A stretch of DNA of 64,000 bases. It comes from Opitutales bacterium. Lineage in GTDB: Bacteria; Verrucomicrobiota; Verrucomicrobiia; Opitutales; UBA2987. The stretch lies in the NCBI GenBank assembly GCA_965226885.1, contig CBDDEL010000017.1:160001-224000 (forward strand), written 5' to 3'. Below the pieces are notes generated by a model. The model saw nothing but the letters and a program-made list of their open reading frames with translations. It was not told the DNA's origin and searched no databases. The stretch's first letter is position 1, and every line of letters starts with the position of its first letter. Of this stretch, positions 1-11,257 are shown piece by piece. The position numbers and the translations under genes are program-made.

Positions 1-380
1 CGCTATTACGAGAAGGCGGTTCGATCGTCTTTAATGCTTCGGTTGCCCGCGATCTCGCGCTGCCTGGCGGCATCATCTACAATTCAACGAAGGGGGCATT
101 AAGAACCGTAACCCGTGTTTTGGCTCAAGAACTGGCAGGGCGAAAGATTCGAGTAAATGCAGTCAGTCCCGGGCCAATCGGTTCGGACTTTTTTGTTCGC
201 ACGGGCCTGCCGCAGGAGCAAGTTCAGCAATTTGGCGAACAAATTCTCTCCGCTGTGCCGATGGGTCGATTCGGAGAACCGAAGGAGGTCGCTGCAGTAG
301 CAACATTCCTTCTGTCGGACGAAGCTTCTTACGTCACCGGCAGCGAATACGTTGTCGATGGTGGTCTGTCAGAAGTATAA
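1..380 (+). CDS. SDR-family oxidoreductase, C-terminal part (5' end outside window)
   Basis: YNSTK (YxxxK), IRVNAVSPG, P-GRFG-P-EVA and SYVTGSEYVVDGG motifs. Confidence 0.9.
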   Translation, partial: LLREGGSIVFNASVARDLALPGGIIYNSTKGALRTVTRVLAQELAGRKIRVNAVSPGPIGSDFFVRTGLPQEQVQQFGEQILSAVPMGRFGEPKEVAAVATFLLSDEASYVTGSEYVVDGGLSEV

Positions 381-483
381 TGGAGCGCCGGTAACTTAGT
401 AGTTCAAAATATCGATTCGCAATCTACTTTGTCCATTAACGGGACTAAAAATAATCAATTAAACAAAATAAGGAGTGATATAA

Positions 484-864
484 ATGAGTAATACAAATAC
501 ATCTAACAACGTGAGTGAGTATAACGTAATCGCCAAGGTCGTCCAGCACTACATCGATGGCGCCAAGTCGGGCAGAGGCGACGATATGAAACCCGCTTTC
601 CACAAGGACGCGACAATCTTCGGTTATGTCGGCGCCGACCTGTTCGCGGGCCCCATCCAGCAGCTCTTTGACTGGAATGACGAGAACGGACCAGCGACGG
701 GGCTCCAAGCCTGGATCGCCAGCATCGACCTCATTGGCACGGTCGCCACCGTGCGGCTTGAACTCGAAAACTGGACTGGTCACCGGTTCACCGACTTGTT
801 CACACTGCTGAAAGTCGACGGGCAGTGGAAGATCATGAACAAGGTCTTTCACCTGCACGCCTGA
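484..864 (+). CDS. NTF2/SnoaL-like (putative lumazine-binding) protein
   Basis: 126 aa; AFHKDA and FTDLFTLLKVDGQWKIMNKVFH are typical of Lumazine_bd_2; RBS AGGAG upstream. Confidence 0.8.
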   Translation: MSNTNTSNNVSEYNVIAKVVQHYIDGAKSGRGDDMKPAFHKDATIFGYVGADLFAGPIQQLFDWNDENGPATGLQAWIASIDLIGTVATVRLELENWTGHRFTDLFTLLKVDGQWKIMNKVFHLHA

Positions 865-879
865 GAGAGTAAGATTGAT

Positions 880-908
880 GCTTCCCCCCATCACTCTTGG
901 GGGGAAGC
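880..908 (+). terminator. Hairpin, probable intrinsic terminator
   Basis: gcttcccccca...tggggggaagc inverted repeat 15 nt after the stop; no strong U-tract on + strand. Confidence 0.55.
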
Positions 909-933
909 AAGTCAGGTAGGTATCAACTGGCTA

Positions 934-2510
934 GCCCGGATATTTCGTAAAAAAAGTATCGTTGATATGCTTAACTGCTGATATACAGCAGGATAGATCA
1001 ATAATTAAAGCAATATCAGCGATGACAAAAGGTAAACAATTAAAGCTACAGTTGACAAGGGTAAAAGGCCGCCAGGCCGCCGTGTGCGGGTTGATTTCAA
1101 GGGCGGAGAGGTTACTTCGGATGCCGGACTGCTTTTGATCCGGGAAGTGGATCGGCAGTTGGGCTTGACCGAACGAGCGGCCCGACAGTTAGTGGACAAA
1201 CGGCAGAAGGGCAAAGTACGCCATGAGGTATTGGGGATGCTGCGGCAGCGCGTTTACGGGCTGGTGGCGGGCTATGAGGATTTGAACGACTTTGATACCC
1301 TGCGCCACGATCCATTGTTGCAAACGGTAACGGGGCGCATTGAAACGTTGGCCAGCGCGCCGACTTTGTGTCGTTCTGAAAACGGGCAGGATCGGCGGGC
1401 GGCCTTTGCGGTAAACGAGCTGTTGGTCGAACAGTTCATGGGCTCCTTTGCCGAGGAACCCGAAGAGATCATCCTGGACTTTGACGCCACCGACACTCCG
1501 GTGCACGGGCTCCAGGAGGGACGTTTTTTCCACGGTTATTATGATCATTACTGTTTTCTGCCGCTATATGTTTTTTGCGGTGATCAGCTGCTGGTGGCCT
1601 ACCTGCGGCCGAGCAAGATCGATGCCAGCAAGCATGCCGGGGCCATCCTCAAATTGCTGGTTAAACGGATTCGCCAAAGCTGGCCCCGTACGCGGATTAT
1701 TTGGCGCGCCGACAGTGGATTTTGTCGAGACCGGATACTCTCTTGGTGCGACCGCAACGAAGTTAGTTACATCGTGGGGATGGCTCGCAATGCACGCTTG
1801 CAGCAAGACGCCCAGCAGTTGCAAAAGCAGGCCAAAGAATGGTTCGAACTAAGGGGTAAAAAACAACGGTTATTCCAGGACTTCGTCTATGCTGCCGATT
1901 CGTGGCGATGGCTGCGGTTGGTCATCCATAAAGCCGAACACACCGCACAGGGGTCCAACCCGCGCTTCGTGGTGACGAACCTGCCGGGCGATCCCCAGGA
2001 GCTTTACGACAAGGTATACTGTGGCCGCGGTGAAATGGAGAACCGAATCAAGGAACAGATGCAATTGTTCAGCGAGCGCACCAGCGCCCATCAATGGTGG
2101 GCCAATCAGTGGCGATTGCTCTTGTCGGCGCTGGCCTACACCTTGATGGAAGCCATGCGCCGGTTAGCCTTAAAAGGGACGAAGTGGGCGCGGGCCCAAT
2201 GCCACACCCTGCGGCTCAAATTAATCAAGATCGGAGCGGTCATCGTGCGCAACACCCGAACGATTCACTTTCACCTAAGTGAGAGTTATCCTTGGGCCAG
2301 TCTTTTCAACCATGCGGCCCGCCGATTGGTGCCAACCTAAAGGGTGCATTGGTGCTGCCCCCGGCACTACCGAACCAATGGGGGAAAGGGGGCAGTGTCT
2401 CTACACCCTGAAAAACACCTAAAAATCAAGACGATCTGCTCAAAATACAAAGAAATCCATCTCCAATAGCAATAACGAGCCAAACTTTACCCTTCATGAA
2501 ATATCCGGGC
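934..2510 (+). mobile_element. IS1380-family element, subtype A, copy 1 (frameshifted)
   Basis: Ends GCCCGGATATTTC/GAAATATCCGGGC flanked by TA; 1577 bp = 1569 + 8-bp duplication aggccgcc at 1066-1081 that frameshifts the transposase; DDE motifs LDFDATD, RADSGF, RGEMENRIKE. Confidence 0.95.
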
Positions 2511-2671
2511 TAGGAGGAACCAGGCAATAATCAATATAATCGCTCCGCTTCCAATCCCTCTCATACAGTACAAAGTAGGCAAATTTCGGTAATAAGGTAA
2601 TAATTCTATCGTATCTAATCATTGACTGCGTAAACGCTGCGTACAATATGTTCTGCAAATACAAATAAGTA

Positions 2672-2896
2672 ATGAAAACAATACTCGAAATACAATGCAG
2701 CGCTCGTAAAACACGTTCGCTAACCCGAAAATTATCCGCAGCCTATCTTCAAAAATGGCTGAAAGAACTTCCTGATACTCATGTCATCACACGAGACCTA
2801 TTGGACTTTCCTCCACCTTTTGTAACCGAAGAATGGATTGCCACCGTTTTTGGAGTTAAGGAAGAAGAATACAACACAAACCAGAAAGAGCTCTTA
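2672..2896 (+). pseudogene. FMN-dependent NADH-azoreductase (AzoR/AcpD-like), N-terminal fragment truncated by IS1380
   Basis: MKTILEIQCSAR..SLTRKL..ITRDL..PPPF..WI is a flavodoxin_2 N-terminus; the rest of the gene is absent beyond the IS. Confidence 0.75.
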
Positions 2897-4465
2897 GCCC
2901 GGATATTTCGTAAAAAAAGTATCGTTGATATGCTTAACTGCTGATATACAGCAGGATAGATCAATAATTAAAGCAATATCAGCGATGACAAAAGGTAAAC
3001 AATTAAAGCTACAGTTGACAAGGGTAAAAGGCCGCCGTGTGCGGGTTGATTTCAAGGGCGGAGAGGTTACTTCGGATGCCGGACTGCTTTTGATCCGGGA
3101 AGTGGATCGGCAGTTGGGCTTGACCGAACGAGCGGCCCGACAGTTAGTGGACAAACGGCAGAAGGGCAAAGTACGCCATGAGGTATTGGGGATGCTGCGG
3201 CAGCGCGTTTACGGGCTGGTGGCGGGCTATGAGGATTTGAACGACTTTGATACCCTGCGCCACGAGCCATTGTTGCAAACGGTAACGGGGCGCATTGAAA
3301 CGTTGGCCAGCGCGCCGACTTTGTGTCGTTTTGAAAACGGGCAGGATCGGCGGGCGGCCTTTGCGGTAAACGAGCTGTTGGTCGAACAGTTCATGGGCTC
3401 CTTTGCCGAGGAACCCGAAGAGATCATCCTGGACTTTGACGGCACCGACAATCCGGTGCACGGGCTCCAGGAGGGACGTTTTTTCCACGGTTATTATGAT
3501 CATTACTGTTTTCTGCCGCTATATGTTTTTTGCGGTGATCAGCTGCTGGTGGCCTACCTGCGGCCGAGCAAGATCGATGCCAGCAAGCATGCCGGGGCCA
3601 TCCTCAAATTGCTGGTTAAACGGATTCGCCAAAGCTGGCCCCGTACGCGGATTATTTGGCGCGCCGACAGTGGATTTTGTCGAGACCGGATACTCTCTTG
3701 GTGCGACCGCAACGAAGTTAGTTACATCGTGGGGATGGCTCGCAATGCACGCTTGCAGCAAGACGCCCAGCAGTTGCAAAAGCAGGCCAAAGAATGGTTC
3801 GAACTAAGGGGTAAAAAACAACGGTTATTCCAGGACTTCGTCTATGCTGCCGATTCGTGGCGATGGCTGCGGTTGGTCATCCATAAAGCCGAACACACCG
3901 CACAGGGGTCCAACCCGCGCTTCGTGGTGACGAACCTGCCGGGCGATCCCCAGGAGCTTTACGACAAGGTATACTGTGGCCGCGGTGAAATGGAGAACCG
4001 GATCAAGGAACAGATGCAATTGTTCAGCGAGCGCACCAGCGCCCATCAATGGTGGGCCAATCAGTGGCGATTGCTCTTGTCGGCGCTGGCCTACACCTTG
4101 ATGGAAGCCATGCGCCGGTTAGCCTTAAAAGGGACGAAGTGGGCGCGGGCCCAATGCCACACCCTGCGGCTCAAATTAATCAAGATCGGAGCGGTCATCG
4201 TGCGCAACACCCGAACGATTCACTTTCACCTAAGTGAGAGTTATCCTTGGGCCAGTCTTTTCAACCATGCGGCCCGCCGATTGGTGCCAACCTAAAGGGT
4301 GCATTGGTGCTGCCCCCGGCACTACCGAACCAATGGGGGAAAGGGGGCAGTGTCTCTACACCCTGAAAAACACCTAAAAATCAAGACGATCTGCTCAAAA
4401 TACAAAGAAATCCATCTCCAATAGCAATAACGAGCCAAACTTTACCCTTCATGAAATATCCGGGC
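2897..4465 (+). mobile_element. IS1380-family element, subtype A, copy 2 (intact ORF; likely start MTKGKQ at 2985, stop 4295)
   Basis: 1569 bp, same terminal IRs, full DDE ORF. Confidence 0.97.
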
Positions 4466-4581
4466 TAACTCAATTATAGAACCCTTTTTTGGCCGGATCG
4501 AGCAAAAACTTGCTCTTTCCGGCTCTTTTTATCAACGTCATCCAGTTGACTATAAAATCTTTATATTTTTGGGACAGCCTC
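4466..4581 (-). mobile_element. Left-end fragment of the IS5/ISNCY-like element
   Basis: Identical to 34466-34581, including the IR ttttgggacagcctc; truncated by IS1380 copy 2. Confidence 0.9.
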
Positions 4582-4643
4582 TACCCTATCATTCAACCGG
4601 CAAATCCGCCCATAAATACATTTTTTTGTTAGTATTGGGATTT

Positions 4644-5789
4644 TTAGTGGGAGTTGTCCGCATCTCCTTTTTCATATTTTTCTATCCATTGAAGATGCCA
4701 AGAGTCGAAATCTCCTCTTTGCAGGCGCTGGCGGGCTTGTTCCATTAAATCGAGGTAAAAATGGACGTTGTGTATAGTCAGCAGGACGCTGGCCAGGATT
4801 TCTTCCGCCACAAGAAGATGCCGCAAGTAGGCGCGGGTGAAGTTTAGACATGTGTAATTGTCCATACCTTCGACCAATGGACGGCGGTCATCGCGGAATC
4901 GTTGGTTACGAAGGTTGATTTTTCCCCAAGGAGTGTAAGCCGTGCCGTGGCGGGCGGCCCGGGTAGGTATAACGCAATCGAACATATCCACTCCCAAAGC
5001 GATCATTTTAAGCAATTGGGGCGGCGTCCCCAGGCCCATAACGTAGCGCGGTTTGTCATCGGGCAAAAGCGGAGCTGTCCAGGAAACCTGTTCCAGCATC
5101 ATCGGTTCCGGTTCCCCCACAGCCACCCCGCCCACCGCGAAACCGCAAAAATCCATGGCGGCAATGGCCTCGGCGCATTCTTTTCTTAAATGCTCAAAAA
5201 CGGAACCTTGCACAATACCGAAGAGATGACGCCCGGCCTCAAAGAAACCATTTTCCCGCGCGGTTTGAAGGCTTTGAGCCGCCCAACGGACGGTGCGTTC
5301 ATTAGCCTCACGGCAAGCCTCTTCCTGACAGGGATAGGCCGGGCATTCATCGAGAACCATGGCGATGTCCGAGCCCAGATTTCGCTGAATATTGATCGAT
5401 TCGGCAGGTCCCAGAAAAAATTTGTCTCCACTAAGGTGGGACCGAAAATGGATGCCCTCCGGGGTGATTTTTCGAAGTTTGGCCAGGCTGAAAACCTGAA
5501 AACCGCCGCTGTCTGTCAAAATGGGCCCGTCCCAGCTCATAAAACTATGCAATCCGCCAAGGTCGCGGACGAGATCGGAGGCGGGCCGCAAATGCAGGTG
5601 GTAGGTGTTGGCGAGAAGAACCTGGCAACCGATATCCCGCAGTTGGGCCGGCGTTGTCGCCTTTACCGTGGCCTGGGTTCCCACCGGCATGAAAATCGGT
5701 GTCTCGATTTTTCCATGGGCGGTGTGCATCAACCCGAGCCGGGCCGCCGTTTTTGTCTGGCAGGGAAATGTTTGAAAAAAACCACTCAT
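4644..5789 (-). CDS. tgt: tRNA-guanine transglycosylase
   Basis: TPIFMPVGT, LANTYHL, TDSGGFQVFSL, GVDMFDCV motifs. Confidence 0.97.
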   Translation of the reverse strand: MSGFFQTFPCQTKTAARLGLMHTAHGKIETPIFMPVGTQATVKATTPAQLRDIGCQVLLANTYHLHLRPASDLVRDLGGLHSFMSWDGPILTDSGGFQVFSLAKLRKITPEGIHFRSHLSGDKFFLGPAESINIQRNLGSDIAMVLDECPAYPCQEEACREANERTVRWAAQSLQTARENGFFEAGRHLFGIVQGSVFEHLRKECAEAIAAMDFCGFAVGGVAVGEPEPMMLEQVSWTAPLLPDDKPRYVMGLGTPPQLLKMIALGVDMFDCVIPTRAARHGTAYTPWGKINLRNQRFRDDRRPLVEGMDNYTCLNFTRAYLRHLLVAEEILASVLLTIHNVHFYLDLMEQARQRLQRGDFDSWHLQWIEKYEKGDADNSH

Positions 5790-5980
5790 ATCCGTTTAAC
5801 AATCGTAAACCTTCTTTGCTACCCCACCCTGCCTTGGCCGCCGGTGGAAATCAAAACTTAATTGCCGGAACCGGCATTTTCAACCAACGCAGGCGGCTTT
5901 GCAGGTGTCTTATTTACCTGGTTTTACCCCCGCCGATGGGCTTGACCCTGCGGCCTGCGACGGCATCATAGGCAATTGTC

Positions 5981-6544
5981 ATGATGCTCGTGATCGACAA
6001 CTACGATTCGTTTACCTACAACCTAGTGCAATATTTCGGCGCTCTGGGAGTCTCCCAAAAGGTTGTTCGCAACAATGACCTTTCCGCTACCCAAGCGCTC
6101 GCCCTGAATCCTGATCGGGTGGTCATTTCACCGGGGCCCTGCACCCCCGACGAGGCCGGAAGCAGCCTCGAAATGGTGGGCGCCTTTGCCGGAAATACAC
6201 CAGTTTTAGGGGTCTGCCTCGGGCATCAATGCATCGGGCAGTATTTCGGTGGCCGCGTGGTTAGGGCCGAACGGCTCATGCACGGAAAAACATCCACCAT
6301 CAAGCATAACGGGGGACCACTGTTCGAGGGGTTGGATGCTCAATTTACAGCCACCCGTTATCATTCCCTCATCCTCGACCGCCCAACCCTGCCCGATTGT
6401 TTCGAGATAACGGCGGAAGCGGCGGAAAACGAGATTATGGGAATCAAACACCGCGAACTGCCGCTGTGGGGCGTCCAGTTTCATCCCGAATCCTACGCCA
6501 CCAAGTGCGGCATGGATATTTTGAAGAATTTTTTGCGACTGTAA
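5981..6544 (+). CDS. Anthranilate/aminodeoxychorismate synthase component II (TrpG/PabA)
   Basis: [29 protein letters not shown] (class I GATase). Confidence 0.95.
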   Translation: MMLVIDNYDSFTYNLVQYFGALGVSQKVVRNNDLSATQALALNPDRVVISPGPCTPDEAGSSLEMVGAFAGNTPVLGVCLGHQCIGQYFGGRVVRAERLMHGKTSTIKHNGGPLFEGLDAQFTATRYHSLILDRPTLPDCFEITAEAAENEIMGIKHRELPLWGVQFHPESYATKCGMDILKNFLRL

Positions 6545-6557
6545 TTTTTTTAAAATT

Positions 6558-7013
6558 ATGCAATGCCCTAAATGCAACGAGCAGGACACCAGGGTGATCG
6601 ATTCCCGAGTCGGAAAAAACGGCCGCACCATCCGCCGCCGCCGCCAATGCACCCAGTGCCAATTCCGCTTTAACACCATCGAGGAAGTCATGCGCGAAAA
6701 CCTCATGATTATCAAACGGGACGGGCGCAGGGAAGATTTCGACCGCAACAAAATCCTCAACGGTATCAGGCGCGCCTGCGAAAAACGGCCCATCGACCTG
6801 GAACAAATCAACATGCTCATTTCCGACGTCATGCTGGCCCTCGAGGAGGAGCACGACTCCGAAATTCCAGGCCGCAAAATCGGTCAGCTGGTCATGGACA
6901 AACTGAAAAATATTGACCAGATCGCCTATGTTCGATTTGCCAGTGTTTACAAAGATTTCGGCGATATTTCGGAGATGGCCAAAGAAATTTCCGAACTCAA
7001 AAAGAATCCATGA
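6558..7013 (+). CDS. nrdR: Transcriptional repressor NrdR
   Basis: MQCPKC..VIDSR..IRRRRQC..RFNT zinc ribbon plus ATP cone, AYVRFASVY. Confidence 0.97.
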   Translation: MQCPKCNEQDTRVIDSRVGKNGRTIRRRRQCTQCQFRFNTIEEVMRENLMIIKRDGRREDFDRNKILNGIRRACEKRPIDLEQINMLISDVMLALEEEHDSEIPGRKIGQLVMDKLKNIDQIAYVRFASVYKDFGDISEMAKEISELKKNP

Positions 7014-7480
7014 AAACCCATAACGAACTGGCCAAAGCGCATTGCCTGCATTCCCTTTTCGGTAGGGTCACCGGCCGCGATCCTTACCTCACCGGTCAGA
7101 TCAAAAATGCCATCGAGTTTTCCCTAACCGGTTCCATCGACCGCAAAGCGCCCCTCAACACATTCACCGAAGCCGCCCTCGAGCTTTTTAAAAAGCAGCA
7201 CCCGTTGCCGCCATCGTGGGGGTTTGCCCACATGGACCTGGGCCAAAAACCATTCGACCCCCTCTGGGTGCGCACGGAATTTATTAAAAGCCTGAAACGC
7301 CTGGCCGGTTACAACGAAAATCTCCTTGTCATTAGCGGGTTGCGGCAATCTCTCTGCCCGCCGGGCAAGTATTGGACTCGCCGTACGCGAAAACGCTACC
7401 GGGACGCCTTGGGCTATATCGACGATTTGGCTGCCAAATGGACCACCCCCAACACCGCCCTGACCGTTCTTTGCTTATAA
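7010..7480 (+). CDS. Hypothetical protein, translationally coupled to nrdR
   Basis: 156-aa ORF with ATGA overlap; no recognised motif. Confidence 0.7.
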   Translation: MKTHNELAKAHCLHSLFGRVTGRDPYLTGQIKNAIEFSLTGSIDRKAPLNTFTEAALELFKKQHPLPPSWGFAHMDLGQKPFDPLWVRTEFIKSLKRLAGYNENLLVISGLRQSLCPPGKYWTRRTRKRYRDALGYIDDLAAKWTTPNTALTVLCL

Positions 7481-7487
7481 AAAATTT

Positions 7488-8289
7488 GGTAGTGTATTAA
7501 GTAGGAATGGTGGCTAATTCTTGATTATATTGATGAATGAAAAGTCTCAGACAGGTTTCATGCATACTCTTAAGCTTGGAAAAGGAGAGGGTTTTGCGTG
7601 TGAAACGACCCAGTCGTTGGCGCAGGGTATTGTTCCATCGTTCCACATGGGCCGTTTCACCGGTTTCTTTTCCCACGGATCGGTTATGAGGAAAGACTTC
7701 ATCATAAGTGCTCCAAAAGTCGCTGTAGGTGGCACATCTTTTGTAGGCCCGTGGCAGACGCTCGTAAAGTTCCCGGCAACGATACCAATCCCGAGGCCCA
7801 ATGGCATAGGAGAGGATTTGACGGGTGCGTCGGCAAAGAGCGATCCAAACCCATTGGGCATCGCTCTTGCGCCCCACAAAAGACCACAGTTCGTCCAGTT
7901 CAATGACATCATGGCGGCGGGCCGCAAGAATCGTGCTTTTGAGCGGTCGCAGCGATTGTCGTTTTTTTTAACCAACTCAAAACGGTGTTGGGACTCACCC
8001 CGAAGGCGCGCTGTAAACCGCGTAGACTGCTGCGTTCCTGATAGACTCGAAGGATCATTTCTTTTTGCTCTTCGGTGTATTTCACTGTGGGGTTTTCGCG
8101 GCTTTGTTTACCACAATCATGGCAGCGGTAGCGCTGTTTATGGTTGGGCGTCTTGCCAAATTTAATGATATTTTCACTTCCACAGTGCCGACAATTAATA
8201 ATTTTAGTAACCATGCACTAAGAATAAACTGCCTAACGCTATTTGTACAGCTAAAAATACCAAATAACATTCTTTTTTTATACACTACC
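7488..8289 (-). mobile_element. IS1-family element (802 bp): insA 8214-7909, insB ending at 7497
   Basis: GGTAGTGTA IRs, 8-bp TSD aaaaattt; InsA zinc ribbon (CRHCGS..YRCHDC); Ins[24 protein letters not shown]. Confidence 0.95.
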
Positions 8290-8349
8290 AAAAATTTAAT
8301 CACTCTATCAAACAAGCAAGCCTTACGGCAAAACACTGACCCCAGACCA

Positions 8350-8697
8350 ATGACCGACGAAAAAACCATTTTTGAAAAAATCATCGACCGTGAAATACCG
8401 GCTCAGATCGAGTTCGAGGACGACCGCTGCATCGCCATTCACGACCTCAACCCGCAAGCGCCACTGCACCTGCTGGTCATCCCCAAAAAACTGATCCCCC
8501 GTGTCGGTGAGGCTGAGGATGCGGACGAAGCCCTGCTCGGCCACCTCCTGCTCATCGCCCGTGATATTGCCAAAAAAAGAGAACTCAGCAAAGGCTTCCG
8601 CATCGTCATCAACAACGGCCCCCACGGAGGCGAAAGCGTTCCGCACCTCCACGTCCACCTCCTCGCCGGCCGCCACATGACCTGGCCCCCCGGCTGA
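8350..8697 (+). CDS. Histidine triad (HIT) nucleotide-binding protein
   Basis: TIFEKII, PQAPLHLLVIPK, VPHLHVHLLAGR..WPPG. Confidence 0.95.
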   Translation: MTDEKTIFEKIIDREIPAQIEFEDDRCIAIHDLNPQAPLHLLVIPKKLIPRVGEAEDADEALLGHLLLIARDIAKKRELSKGFRIVINNGPHGGESVPHLHVHLLAGRHMTWPPG

Positions 8698-8740
8698 TCA
8701 TTAGGATAGAAGGCACACCGTAGTAACGAAGATGCCAAAG

Positions 8741-10045
8741 TGATGTGCACTGGAAAAAGTGGACACGAGATTCTCCTAAATGGAGAATCGAAGCATGGGA
8801 AGAAGACGCTTTAGTATAGAGTTCAAAAATGAGGCAGTTCAACTGATGATACTCGATGGTCTGAGCGCCACCGAGGCATCGACCAAACTTGGGGTCAACA
8901 CCAACCAATTGTATAGGTGGAAGAGGCTCTATCTGGACGATCAGCAGGGCGAAGTCACCTCAAAGCGACAGAGCAGTCCGAAGGAGATGGCGGCCGAGAT
9001 AGATCGTCTTCGCAAAGAGCTGCGCCGCTCGGAGCGGATCAACCAGATACTAAAAAAAACGGTGGGCTACTTTGCCAAGGACGAACAATGAAGTACCAGT
9101 TTGTCAAAGACAACGAGGGGCGCTTCAAGATCGAGGAAATATGCTCGGCGATGGGGATTTGTCGCAGTGGCTATTACTGCTGGAGGCACCGAGCGCCCTC
9201 GGCCCGGCGGATCGAGGACGAGGGAATCAAGGGGGCGATCCTGAAGGTACACAAAGAGGCCAATGCACCGCCATCTGAAGGATGATGAGGGCATCGATTG
9301 CGGCCGTGACCGGGCTCTGCGTCTGATGCGTGAAATGGGAATCAAAAGCACCCAGAGTAAGCGCTTTAAGCCATTAAAAACCAACAGTAACCATCCCTAT
9401 GGTTACAGCCCCAATGTGCTTAAAAAGCATGGCCAGCCGACCCATATCGACGAGGTCTGGGTGGCGGACACGACCTACCTACGGACCCTGGCCGGTTGGA
9501 TGTACTTGGCCACGGTGATGGACCTGTTCAGCCGACGCCTGCTGGGCTGGAGCGTTTCCAACCACAACGACGCGAAGCTGGTTGGCAAGGCCCTCAAAGC
9601 CGCGGCCATGACCCGCGGCACACTGCGCACCGGGATTATTCATCACAGCGATCGGGGCAGCCCCTACGCCAGCGACGACTATCAGAGGCTGGTCTCTGAA
9701 CTAGGCATGAAGCCGAGCATGAGCGCCCAAGGCAACTGCTACGACAACGCGGCCATGGAATCGTTCTACGGCCGCTTCAAGACCAGCACGATTCGAGGCC
9801 GCCACTTTGCCGACGAGCGCGAACTGCGATCAACTGTCTTCGAATACGTGGAAATCTTCTACAACCGATATCGCAAACATTCCTCTCTGAGTTACCAAAG
9901 CCCAGTCCAATTCGAGGAAAATATTTGCCCCCCATGGGGGGCAACGAGAAAACAAAACCCTTTACCAAAACAAGCCGCCTGACACACTAATCAATAAACA
10001 ATGAATATAAGAGAATCCCGTGTCCAACAAATCCAGTACACGTCA
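8741..10045 (+). mobile_element. IS3-family element, copy 1; orfB frameshifted by a 23-bp deletion
   Basis: TG...CA ends, 4-bp TSD aaag; deletion between ggccaa repeats near 9260 relative to the other copies; rve motifs WVADTTY, HSDRGS, DNAAMES. Confidence 0.95.
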
Positions 10046-10123
10046 AAAGCCCAAGTGGCGTTGAATAAATACCCACTGGCAGCAAAAGATTGTTTAGGTG
10101 AATGAATAATATAAATGTGACCA

Positions 10124-10417
10124 ATGAGTACTGAATCATACCTTTGTGAGAAGTGCGGTCATCAAGAACCTAGACCATTCCTGAGATGTCCAAGCTGTAA
10201 AAAGCTGTGTGGTTATTCGAAACCATGGTTATACTTTAGCATACAATTTGCATATACATATACGTTAATTGCTATCGGATTCTTGTTAACGTGGGGATTT
10301 GATCTATCTAAAACGTTCAAAATTTATTGTATGATTGCGTTATTTATTTCATTAATTATTACGATTCGTACAATTTTCTATATCTTATTAATCCGGCAAT
10401 TGAATAGTAACAGTTAA
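10124..10417 (+). CDS. Small membrane protein with N-terminal CxxC..CxxC zinc ribbon
   Basis: 97 aa, two hydrophobic segments, AT-rich. Confidence 0.55.
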   Translation: MSTESYLCEKCGHQEPRPFLRCPSCKKLCGYSKPWLYFSIQFAYTYTLIAIGFLLTWGFDLSKTFKIYCMIALFISLIITIRTIFYILLIRQLNSNS

Positions 10418-10455
10418 GCGGCGTATTGAACATCCCGATGATGGAAGAGTTTTTT

Positions 10456-11257
10456 GGTAGTGTATAAAAAAAGAATGTTATTTTGTATTTTTAGCTGTAC
10501 AAATAGCGTTAGGCAGTTTATTCTTAGTGCATGGTTACTAAAATTATTAATTGTCGGCACTGTGGAAGTGAAAATATCATTAAATTTGGCAAGACACCCA
10601 ACCATAAACAGCGCTACCGCTGCCATGATTGTGGTAAACAAAGCCGCGAAAACCCCACAGTGAAATACACCGAAGAGCAAAAAGAAATGATCCTTCGAGT
10701 CTATCAGGAACGCAGCAGTCTACGCGGTTTACAGCGCGCCTTCGGGGTGAGTCCCAACACCGTTTTGAGTTGGTTAAAAAAAACGACAATCGCTGCGACC
10801 GCTCAAAAGCACGATTCTTGCGGCCCGCCGCCATGATGTCATTGAACTGGACGAACTGTGGTCTTTTGTGGGGCGCAAGAGCGATGCCCAATGGGTTTGG
10901 ATCGCTCTTTGCCGACGCACCCGTCAAATCCTCTCCTATGCCATTGGGCCTCGGGAGTGGTATCGTTGCCGGGAACTTTACGAGCGTCTGCCACGGGCCT
11001 ACAAAAGATGTGCCACCTACAGCGACTTTTGGAGCACTTATGATGAAGTCTTTCCTCATAACCGATCCGTGGGAAAAGAAACCGGTGAAACGGCCCATGT
11101 GGAACGATGGAACAATACCCTGCGCCAACGACTGGGTCGTTTCACACGCAAAACCCTCTCCTTTTCCAAGCTTAAGAGTATGCATGAAACCTGTCTGAGA
11201 CTTTTCATTCATCAATATAATCAAGAATTAGCCACCATTCCTACTTAATACACTACC
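10456..11257 (+). mobile_element. IS1-family element (802 bp), no matching TSD
   Basis: Near-identical to 7488-8289 in the opposite orientation; the two flanks differ. Confidence 0.95.

Noticed and set aside
2341..2400. HDV-like ribozyme in the IS1380 3' end (CGAA precedes a P2-like strand)
   Set aside because: Only 4 nt lie between the P3-like stem and CGAA, leaving no room for the P1 3' strand and P1.1.
2925..2984. 456-aa start (MICLTAD) for the IS1380 transposase
   Set aside because: It is not open in subtype B; the shared ATG gives 436 aa.
8065..8349. Long N-terminal extension on the HIT protein
   Set aside because: It derives from IS1 antisense sequence; the plausible start is ATG 8350.
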